Positions 29,100 to 36,361 of a stretch of 64,000 nt of DNA are shown here, piece after piece. Numbering within the stretch: the first letter of the stretch is position 1; each line of letters opens with the position of its first letter. Source of the DNA: an uncultured Eubacteriales bacterium (GTDB lineage: Bacteria > Bacillota > Clostridia > Oscillospirales > CAG-382); NCBI GenBank assembly GCA_900548115.1, contig URJL01000005.1, forward strand, positions 2,434 through 66,433. The letters are read 5' to 3'. A program made the translations under genes and the position numbers. The notes under the pieces are model-generated. The model did no database searches. It was given only the letters and a program-made list of their open reading frames with translations, and was not told where the DNA came from.

Positions 29100-29198
29100 G
29101 ACAGCGGGATGCGGAAGCCGTACCGCAAGGCGATCTTTTCGTCCGAAAGACAACTCCCCGTCCTTTCGGCACTTTACGCACGGCAACCTACTCTGTCC
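29100..29198 (-). promoter_or_regulatory. THF (tetrahydrofolate) riboswitch
   Basis: Minus-strand RNA: GGACAGAGUAGGUUGCCGUGCGUAAAGUGCCGAAAGGACGGGGAGUUGUCUUUCGGACGAAAAGAUCGCCUUGCGGUACGGCUUCCGCAUCCCGCUGUC. It carries the conserved THF-class blocks as I recall them from the published E. siraeum folT aptamer: AGUAG, GCGU-AAGUG, a GGGA loop for the pseudoknot with CAUCCC, ACGAA, GCAUCC-GCU. P1 is GACAG/CUGUC. Location upstream of folT is the canonical context. Confidence 0.8.
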
Positions 29199-29205
29199 AA
29201 AGCTT

Positions 29206-29234
29206 ATTATAATACGAAGAAGCGGAAAATGCAA
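29206..29234 (-). promoter_or_regulatory. candidate sigma-A promoter of the riboswitch-folT-folC unit
   Basis: Minus strand: TTGCAT (29234-29229), 17 nt, TATAAT (29211-29206). The predicted start site sits at the riboswitch 5' end. Confidence 0.6.
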
Positions 29235-29235
29235 G

Positions 29236-29763
29236 CGCTTTTTACGAAAAAGCGGCAAAATATTCCCTCCCCTGCGGGGATCGTTTGCCGCCGCTGCGCG
29301 GGGCGTTGCCGCCCCTGCGGGGAGCGTTGCCGCCCCTGCGGGGAGCGTTGCCGCCCCTGCGGGGAGCGTTGCCGCGAAGATTGCATTCTGATGGTCAGAA
29401 TGCAACTTCGCCTTACCCACGTTATGCTGACCTAAGATTTTGATGCGTAATGAAGCCTTCCCCTTGAGGGGAAGGTGGCACGAAGTGACGGATGCGTCAC
29501 ATCACAAGTGATGTGAGAGAAATTTTGCCTGTGGCAAAATATTCCCGTGCGCCCGCGAAGCGGGCGAGCCGCAATAGCAACTTTCGGTGAGACAAACCCT
29601 TGTGCGCAGTCGTAAAAGCCTCTTTTGCCGTATTCTTCTTTTGCCATCGCCCGCAAACGGGCGGTGTTTGCCCTTCGGGCGGAGTTCCTTTTTCTTTCGT
29701 TTCCGAAAGAAAAAGAAACCAAAAAGAAAGGGAATTTAAGGGCTTGCGCCCTTAAAAATTCCC
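29236..29763. other. dense array of short unrelated stem-loops in a gene-free island
   Basis: At least 16 consecutive hairpins (coordinates in findings). No RBS-preceded ORF. The only open frames are repeat-driven. Confidence 0.8.
29269..29374. repeat. 21-bp tandem repeat, 5 copies (3 perfect, 2 degenerate)
   Basis: Unit CCCCTGCGGGGAGCGTTGCCG. Perfect copies at 29312-29332, 29333-29353 and 29354-29374. Degenerate copies at 29269-29290 and 29291-29311. Each unit contains a CCCC-TGC-GGGG mini-hairpin. Confidence 0.9.
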
Positions 29764-29932
29764 CGATTGTACAGAGCTGTTACGCTCAATCAAAAACGGT
29801 ATGCTTGTCTTTACTGTTATTACAGGTCGCACTTTACGCGATGAAATTGTACGAAATAGGAAAAGAACAAAAAGCAGGGGCATCGGTCGCCCGCACCTAC
29901 AGCGAGTAATGTTATGCCTTTTCCCGTCTTTT

Positions 29933-31195
29933 TCAAGCGTTCGGCGCTTCCTCTTTACCTTTTCCGCCCTTTACCTCCGACGGATACAAAACCGCAAGTC
30001 CTCCCTCCGCCGTCTCGCGATAGCGGCAGGAGAGGTCCTTTCCCGTCTCATAAAGAGTGCGGATAACAAGATCGAGCGAAATTTTTCGGTTTTCGTACAG
30101 CATTTCGGCAAGGCTCACCGCGTCGACCGCACGCATGGCGGCGACGGCGTTGCGTTCGATGCACGGAATCTGCACCAATCCGCGAACGGGGTCACAGGTA
30201 AGTCCCAAGTGGTGCTCGAGCGCAATTTCCGCGGCGCATTCGATCTGCTTCGGATTCATTCCTTTAAGATAGGCAAACGCTGCCGCCGCCATGCCGCACG
30301 CGCTTCCGATCTCCGCCTGACAGCCGCATTCCGCGCCGCTGATCGAAGCGTTGGTCTTGATTAAATTTCCGACGATCCCCGCGACCTCAAGCGCCGAGAT
30401 CAGCTCCTCATCCGAGTAGCCGCGCTCGCGCTGTTTAAACAGCAAAACCGCGGGCAATACGCCCGACGCGCCGCACGTCGGTGCCGTCACCATTTCTTCG
30501 CCGCAGGCATTTTCTTCGCTTGCGGCGTAGGCATACGCCGAAATCAGATAAATTTCCTTTTCGTGACCGTAATCCTTGCCTTGCCCGATCGCAAACAGCT
30601 TTTTGGCTTTGCGGGGGATATTCAAGCCTCCGGGAATGATTCCCTCGTCCGCAAGACCGTTTTTCACCGTTCGTTTCATGCGGTCGAGTACCAGCGCCAT
30701 ATACGCGCGAAGCTCTTTCCCCTCATACTTTTCCGCATATTCGGGAAGCGTGAGATTTTCCTTTATGAGCCGCTCCTCGATAGCGGTAAAGCTTATGTCG
30801 GGATACGGCAGGACCTCTTTCTTCTCCTTTTCGTCGGCAAATCGGATCGCACCGCCGCCGATGCTGTAAACGGTCTTGCGGCACAAAAGTTTGTCGCCCG
30901 CAAAGGCGGCGATCTCCATCGTATTGGGATGAGCAAGATCGGTCTTTTCGTTATCGAAAACGATGGAAACGCGATCCTCGCCGAGCGTTTTGCGGATGGC
31001 ATAATCGGTTCGGTGTCCTTTTCCCGTCTTGGAAAGCGAGCCGTACAGCGTCACCTCAAAGCGCGTCGCGTCGGGATACCGTTCTTTGACCGCGCGGCAG
31101 GCGTGCGACGGTCCCATGGTATGCGAGCTGGACGGTCCGCGTCCGATCCGATAAAGCTCGGTAAGTGACGCCATTCCGTGTGCTTTTTCTTTCAT
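29933..31195 (-). CDS. sdaA: L-serine ammonia-lyase (iron-sulfur dependent, single-chain type)
   Basis: N-terminal LYRIGRGPSSSHTMGP. C-terminal alpha-domain with APTCGASGVLPAVL and GAECGCQAEIGSACGMAAAA. Confidence 0.9.
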   Translation of the reverse strand: MKEKAHGMASLTELYRIGRGPSSSHTMGPSHACRAVKERYPDATRFEVTLYGSLSKTGKGHRTDYAIRKTLGEDRVSIVFDNEKTDLAHPNTMEIAAFAGDKLLCRKTVYSIGGGAIRFADEKEKKEVLPYPDISFTAIEERLIKENLTLPEYAEKYEGKELRAYMALVLDRMKRTVKNGLADEGIIPGGLNIPRKAKKLFAIGQGKDYGHEKEIYLISAYAYAASEENACGEEMVTAPTCGASGVLPAVLLFKQRERGYSDEELISALEVAGIVGNLIKTNASISGAECGCQAEIGSACGMAAAAFAYLKGMNPKQIECAAEIALEHHLGLTCDPVRGLVQIPCIERNAVAAMRAVDAVSLAEMLYENRKISLDLVIRTLYETGKDLSCRYRETAEGGLAVLYPSEVKGGKGKEEAPNA

Positions 31196-31239
31196 ATCGA
31201 TCCTCTCTTATTCTTTTCTCCGACCGCACGCGGCGGAGC

Positions 31240-31941
31240 TTATTGTTTTCGGTTCTGCGCGAAAAAGCAGTCGCGCACATACAAATAGCGGTTTTTGGAG
31301 ATCGGAACGGTTTCGCCCTCGGTCAGCTCGGCATGATAGCGCCGTACCGACGACACGAACGAAAGGTTGACTGCGTAGCTTTGATGGCAGCGCACAAAAA
31401 GCGAACCGCAAAGGCGCTCCAAAAATCCGCCGAGCGTCGATCGGCAAACAATACTGCGGTCGGCGAGATGAATGCACAGATCGTTGTGAAACACCTCGAT
31501 ATAGCGGATATCGGTCTCGCAGACACGGTATTTTTCCCCGTTCTTTGCGGCGATATACAAACGTCTTGCCGCCGGTCGAAAATCCGAAACATAATCGACA
31601 ATACCGCGCACCGTCTTTTCCGAAAGCGGCTTTTTGTATATGCCGAGATTGGGGACCGAAAGACCCGGCGGATTTTCAGACCCGCTCACAAAAACCGTGC
31701 GAACGGGATAACGCTCGACATAAAGCGCGCGCACAAATTCGACCATATCCTGTTCGCCGACCGTAAGATCGGTCGCGATGAGATCGAAAAGGCGGTCGTG
31801 AAGCGCCCGAAACAAGCGCTCGGAATCGAAAAACAGGTCGATCTTATATTCGATCCCGTATTCGTTCAAAACGGTTTGCAAAAGGTCGCGAAGCGCATAA
31901 AGATCGTTTTCCGCCGCATCGCAAAGTGCAATTCGAATCAC
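31240..31941 (-). CDS. LytTR-family response regulator
   Basis: Receiver domain (IRIALCDAAEND, FDLIATDL, VFVSGS, KKPL) plus C-terminal LytTR DNA-binding domain (IRYIEVFHNDLCIHLADRSIVCRSTLGGFLERL...FVRCHQSYAVNL). Start set at GTG 31941, with GGGGG 6 nt upstream. The ORF-track start 31962 is a TTG. Confidence 0.85.
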   Translation of the reverse strand: MIRIALCDAAENDLYALRDLLQTVLNEYGIEYKIDLFFDSERLFRALHDRLFDLIATDLTVGEQDMVEFVRALYVERYPVRTVFVSGSENPPGLSVPNLGIYKKPLSEKTVRGIVDYVSDFRPAARRLYIAAKNGEKYRVCETDIRYIEVFHNDLCIHLADRSIVCRSTLGGFLERLCGSLFVRCHQSYAVNLSFVSSVRRYHAELTEGETVPISKNRYLYVRDCFFAQNRKQ

Positions 31942-31971
31942 GCCCGTCCCCCTTTCTTTCAATTTCGTTGT

Positions 31972-33384
31972 TTACGGGTTTTCGTCTTTTGTCGGTTCGT
32001 ACTCCCCGATAGTGTAACCGTCGCGCCCGTTTTCCTTTGTTTTGTACAAAAGAGCGTCGGTCTGTTCCATCAGCTTCGGCAAGTCGGCGGGAAAGGAAAA
32101 ACGGCAGGCGCCGATACTGCAGGTGACTCTTTGCGAGTTTTCCAAAATACCTGCCGCCTCGGCGGCAAAAGAAGAAAGGCGCTTTTCAAGCTCGTGAGCG
32201 GAAAGCTCCGCCTTGTCGATCATAACGGCAAATTCGTCGCCGCCCATTCGCCCGCAGACGGCACAGTCGCGAAAATTCTTTTCCAAAAGAAACGCGACCT
32301 TTTTCAAAACGGTATCGCCGACGGCGTGTCCTAACGTATCGTTGATGGCTTTGAAACAATCGACATCCAAAATCAAGAACCATCCGTGCGCACATTTCTG
32401 TGTATCAAAATGCTTTTGCGCCCGTTCGCACAGATTTAGGAATATCCTTCTGCCCATAATACCCGTGAGCGCGTCCATTTCCCCGCGATAATTCCGATAG
32501 GCGCTGTGCTGATATCCCGCAATCAGGGTAATGACGCTGATCATGTTGAGCGAGAGCATGGCGACGGTAAATTCGATCTGCATATGAGAAATGTTATATA
32601 AGATCTCGGGTGCGACCGCGACGGTATGGGTTCGGAGCATGTGCGACATCCGCTCCAAAAAATAAACCGCTCCCGCGAAGGTCATGAAAACAATAAACAC
32701 GGTAAAGACCGTCACCGTGATCCGCTTGGTTTTAGAATTGTTTGCGGGAATATAGCGGGCGGAATCGATCGCCGTGCGGATATTTTGCATTTTTTCGTTG
32801 CGGTGAAGTTGTCGAACCCCGACCGCCAAAACGGCACAGAGAACCGAAGAAATCACATTGCTCATAACAAGATAGCAATTCCCGAAATATTCAAACGGAT
32901 GGTTCGAAAAGAAAAGCTGCATGGCGCCCATAACAAGCAGCGCCTGAGCCATAGGCGAAGCGAACGCCGCAAGCCCGACAAAAAGATTGGGATGCTTTGT
33001 CTTTTTCGCCGCCCAAAAAAGAAAACCGATCAAAAAGCCGAAAAGCGTTCTTGTTCCGACCGCCAGAATAAAGCTCCCGATGGGATTTCCGCTCATGAAA
33101 GGCGAAAAAAGCATATCCGCCGGAAAAATATAATACGACGTCGATTTATACATGCTCGCAAGACCGAAGACCGCGCCGATCGCGGCGGATTGCCATGTTC
33201 CGAGCAAAAGTGCTGCAATTAAGATCGGAATGTAAGCAAAGGTGACCGATATCGGCGGGATGTGAACGTATCCGAGAAAGGTGAAGGACATAAGAATTTC
33301 AAACGCCGCGAGAATCCAAAAAAGATAAAGATCAAAAGACGAATTCCCGCGTTTTTTCGGTTGCTCCGTAAACTTCACTCTCAT
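31972..33384 (-). CDS. polytopic membrane protein with C-terminal GGDEF (diguanylate cyclase) domain
   Basis: About 8 hydrophobic segments in the first ~290 aa. GGDEF domain follows (DALTGIMGRRIF..., INDTLGHAVGD, GRMGGDEFAV). Confidence 0.85.
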   Translation of the reverse strand: MRVKFTEQPKKRGNSSFDLYLFWILAAFEILMSFTFLGYVHIPPISVTFAYIPILIAALLLGTWQSAAIGAVFGLASMYKSTSYYIFPADMLFSPFMSGNPIGSFILAVGTRTLFGFLIGFLFWAAKKTKHPNLFVGLAAFASPMAQALLVMGAMQLFFSNHPFEYFGNCYLVMSNVISSVLCAVLAVGVRQLHRNEKMQNIRTAIDSARYIPANNSKTKRITVTVFTVFIVFMTFAGAVYFLERMSHMLRTHTVAVAPEILYNISHMQIEFTVAMLSLNMISVITLIAGYQHSAYRNYRGEMDALTGIMGRRIFLNLCERAQKHFDTQKCAHGWFLILDVDCFKAINDTLGHAVGDTVLKKVAFLLEKNFRDCAVCGRMGGDEFAVMIDKAELSAHELEKRLSSFAAEAAGILENSQRVTCSIGACRFSFPADLPKLMEQTDALLYKTKENGRDGYTIGEYEPTKDENP

Positions 33385-33441
33385 ATCTTCCCCCGCTTTC
33401 TCTTTTCGAAAACCCGAAAAATCATTATCTTATCTTTTTCC

Positions 33442-33470
33442 ATTATACTCTCCTTTTCGGAAAATTGCAA
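33442..33470 (-). promoter_or_regulatory. candidate sigma-A promoter of the GGDEF-LytTR-sdaA operon
   Basis: Minus strand: TTGCAA (33470-33465), 17 nt, TATAAT (33447-33442). Confidence 0.55.
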
Positions 33471-33482
33471 GCTGTCCGACGG

Positions 33483-34256
33483 TCACGGGCGAAAGGACGC
33501 CGCGCTTTTTTCCTTTGGCGACATTCCGAAGGTCTTTTGATACATACGGTAAAAGTTGCTGTAATTTTCGTACCCGATCTCGCGGGCGGCATCGGTCGCC
33601 GAGAGTCCTTCCTCCATGCATTTTTCGGCATACGACAGCTTTTTTTGCAGGATATACTGCTTGACCGAGGTCTTCATTTGCTCCGAAAACAGATGACAGA
33701 CCGAGGATTTCGAACGCGCCGTACGGCGGGCGATGTCCTCGAGCGTGATCTTTTCGCACAAATGCTCCTCAATATAAATTAGAATTTCCGAAAGCTCCCG
33801 GTTTTCGTTTTGTATTTTCCTTTCGGGGCGGTCGGCAAAGCGGTAAAAAAGCTCGGTCAGAAGACTTTCCGAAAGCGGCGCGTAGTATTCATCCCGACTG
33901 CTCAAAAGGATCGGCTCAAGTCTTGAGATGCAGTCTGCGGCGCGGACGCACACGGGAGCGCGAAGCAAAGAGAAAGGAGCGCGCAATGGGGCAGGCAGCA
34001 TGCTTTCGTCAAAAAGCAGAGTCAGACGGCGGTAGTTTTCACCGCTTTGCACACTTACGGCGTGATAATAAAGCGGCGGAATCAAGGTGGCGTGCCCCGC
34101 CGAAAGAAAGAGCGTTCCGCCCTCGGGATAAAGGCAGACCGTACCCGAAAAGACCGCGATCAGCTCGAACTGGGCGTGACAATGATTTTCCAAAAGAACG
34201 CCGTCGTTTGTGTTTGTTTCCGCATAATACCGGGACAAAGACCCGTGAAAAAGCAT
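33483..34256 (-). CDS. AraC-family transcriptional regulator
   Basis: N-terminal cupin-like sensor (HCHAQFELIAVFSG). C-terminal AraC HTH (LEDIARRTARSKSSVCHLFSEQMKTSVKQYILQKKLSYAEKCM...REIGYENYSNFYRMYQKTFGMSP). Divergent from the 34416 operon. Confidence 0.85.
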   Translation of the reverse strand: MLFHGSLSRYYAETNTNDGVLLENHCHAQFELIAVFSGTVCLYPEGGTLFLSAGHATLIPPLYYHAVSVQSGENYRRLTLLFDESMLPAPLRAPFSLLRAPVCVRAADCISRLEPILLSSRDEYYAPLSESLLTELFYRFADRPERKIQNENRELSEILIYIEEHLCEKITLEDIARRTARSKSSVCHLFSEQMKTSVKQYILQKKLSYAEKCMEEGLSATDAAREIGYENYSNFYRMYQKTFGMSPKEKSAASFRP

Positions 34257-34415
34257 ATTTTCCGTCTCCCCTGCACGTTTTTTTCTCTCGTCTTTTCCAT
34301 TTTATACGAAATTTGCAAGAAAAGCAATACTTTTTGTGCAAAAGGATATTCAGATTGCTTTTTTTCATTGCTATAATGGAGACGAGAATAAAATTCGGCA
34401 GACAGGAGAAAAACG

Positions 34416-35639
34416 ATGGACGTTTGTTTGAAAGACCGAATCACAATCGGAGAAAAAACGTTTCCGAACCGTATGGTATATCAGCCGATGGAGGGCTGTG
34501 ACTGCAACACCGACGGAAGCCCGAGCGAGAGGACGGAAAAAAAGTATCTTGCCGAGGCGGCGGGAGGCGCGGGAACGATCTGGTTTGAGGCGTGCGCCGT
34601 CTGTCCCGAGGGAAGGACCGGTGTGCGGCAGATGAGAATCACCGAAGAAAATCTTCCGTCCTTCCGCGTCCTTTTGGAAAAGGTCCGCGCCGTCGCAAAG
34701 GAAAAATGCGGCATCCGCCCGATCTGCATTTTACAGCTTACGCATTCGGGGCGGCAGAGCATTCATCCGATGATCGTTTACCGTCATCCGATCTACGAGG
34801 AAAAACGCCCCGTTACCGACGGGGCGATCGTGACCGACGAATATCTCGACACCCTTCCCGCGCTTTACAAAAAAGCGGCGCTTCTTGCCGCACGGGCGGG
34901 CTTTGACGGGGTGGACGTAAAATCCTGTCACGGCTATCTTTTACAGGAGCTTCTCTCAGCGTTCACTCGCCCGGGACGCTACGGCGGCAGCTTTGAAAAC
35001 CGCACGCGCCTTTATTTCGAATGCCTTCGCGCTGTGAAAGAGGCGCTTCCGAAGGACATGCTTCTCACGGCAAGGCTCAGCGTTTCGGACATGATTCCCA
35101 AGCCCTACGGCTTCGGCACCGACGAGAAAGGAAACCTCGATCTTACCGAACCCGATCGCCTGATCGAAAAAATGCACAAAGAGGGCATTTCGATCCTCAA
35201 CGTGACGGTTGGAAATCCGTATTACAATCCGCACGTCAACCGTCCGTTCCGCAAAGGACCGTATACGCCGCCCGAGCGTGCCGAAACGGGGCTTTTGCGC
35301 TTCGAGGCCATCGAAAAGCACTTAAAAGAACGCTTTCCTACGCTTTATGTCGTGGCGTCGGGGCTTTCGTATTACCGCGAGGATTTGTTTGTCCGCTCGG
35401 AAAAATTGCTTTCCGACGGCATGTGCGATTTTGTCGGCTTCGGGCGGATGAGCCTTGCTTATCCGAACGTTTACCGCGATTACGAAAACGGCTGTTTTTC
35501 GCCCAAAAAGTGCTGCATCTCCTGCTCGCGCTGCACCGAGCTTATGCGTCACGGCTGTATTTCGGGCTGTGCCGTCTTTAATTCTTACTATAAAAAGCTG
35601 TATGAGGAGGCTGTATTATGCAAAAAGTCGCCGTCGTGA
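34416..35639 (+). CDS. NADH:flavin oxidoreductase (Old Yellow Enzyme family) with C-terminal Cys cluster
   Basis: FPNRMVYQPMEG, LQLTHSGRQ, GFDGVDVKSCHGYLLQELLS, GFGRMSLAYP. Tail CCISCSRCTELMRHGCISGC. Confidence 0.82.
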   Translation: MDVCLKDRITIGEKTFPNRMVYQPMEGCDCNTDGSPSERTEKKYLAEAAGGAGTIWFEACAVCPEGRTGVRQMRITEENLPSFRVLLEKVRAVAKEKCGIRPICILQLTHSGRQSIHPMIVYRHPIYEEKRPVTDGAIVTDEYLDTLPALYKKAALLAARAGFDGVDVKSCHGYLLQELLSAFTRPGRYGGSFENRTRLYFECLRAVKEALPKDMLLTARLSVSDMIPKPYGFGTDEKGNLDLTEPDRLIEKMHKEGISILNVTVGNPYYNPHVNRPFRKGPYTPPERAETGLLRFEAIEKHLKERFPTLYVVASGLSYYREDLFVRSEKLLSDGMCDFVGFGRMSLAYPNVYRDYENGCFSPKKCCISCSRCTELMRHGCISGCAVFNSYYKKLYEEAVLCKKSPS

Positions 35640-36352
35640 CCGGCTCGCGCCGCGGTATCGGCAAAGGAATTGCCGACGCCTTAAAAAACGAGGGGTATCT
35701 TGTCGTCTATTCCGCCCGCACGGAGGATTCAAAGCTTGAAAACTACTGCCCGTGCGATATATCCGACGAACGCGACCGTGAGGCGCTTTTGCAGTTTGCC
35801 TGCCGCTTTACGGGGCGCGTCGATCTTTTGGTCAACAACGCCGGCGTCGCGTGCGAAAAGCGGCTGGACATTCTCGAGACCACCGAGGAAAGCTTCGACC
35901 GCCTTCTTCGCATCAACACGAAGGGCACTTTCTTCATGTGCCGTCTTTTTGCGCGGCATATGATCGAACAAAAGCAAAAGGACGCGGAGTATGTGCCGCG
36001 CATCGTCAACATTTCATCGGTCTCGGCATACACCTCGAGCGTCAGCCGCGGGGAATACTGCATTTCCAAAGCGGGCATTTCCATGGTAACAAAGCTATTT
36101 GCCGACCGCCTTGCGGAATACGGAATTCCCGTTTTTGAGGTGCGCCCCGGCATTATCGCCACCGACATGACCGAGTGCGTAAAGGAAAAATACGACCGCA
36201 TGATCTCGGAGGAGGGCATAACGCCCATCCGCCGCTGGGGAACGCCCGAGGACGTGGCAAACTGCGTTCTTGCGGCGGCAGGCGGACTTTTGGATTTCGG
36301 AACGGGAACGGTGCTGAACGCCGACGGCGGATTCCACATCCGCAGACTGTGA
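35618..36352 (+). CDS. short-chain dehydrogenase/reductase (SDR)
   Basis: VVTGSRRGIGKGIA (TGxxxGxG), NNAG, catalytic S...YCISK (YxxxK). Overlaps the upstream gene by 22 nt. Confidence 0.88.
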   Translation: MQKVAVVTGSRRGIGKGIADALKNEGYLVVYSARTEDSKLENYCPCDISDERDREALLQFACRFTGRVDLLVNNAGVACEKRLDILETTEESFDRLLRINTKGTFFMCRLFARHMIEQKQKDAEYVPRIVNISSVSAYTSSVSRGEYCISKAGISMVTKLFADRLAEYGIPVFEVRPGIIATDMTECVKEKYDRMISEEGITPIRRWGTPEDVANCVLAAAGGLLDFGTGTVLNADGGFHIRRL

Positions 36353-36361
36353 GGGAAAAAC

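Noticed and set aside
29269-29374. Possible CRISPR array.
   Set aside because: The repeats are directly abutting with no spacers, the unit is only 21 bp, and there are no cas genes in the window.
29073-29435. ORFs on both strands through the 21-bp repeat, encoding CRPCGER or ATLPAGA heptad repeats.
   Set aside because: They are open only because the repeat period is a multiple of 3. There is no RBS, and they overlap the THF riboswitch, the folT promoter and the hairpins. I treated them as non-coding.
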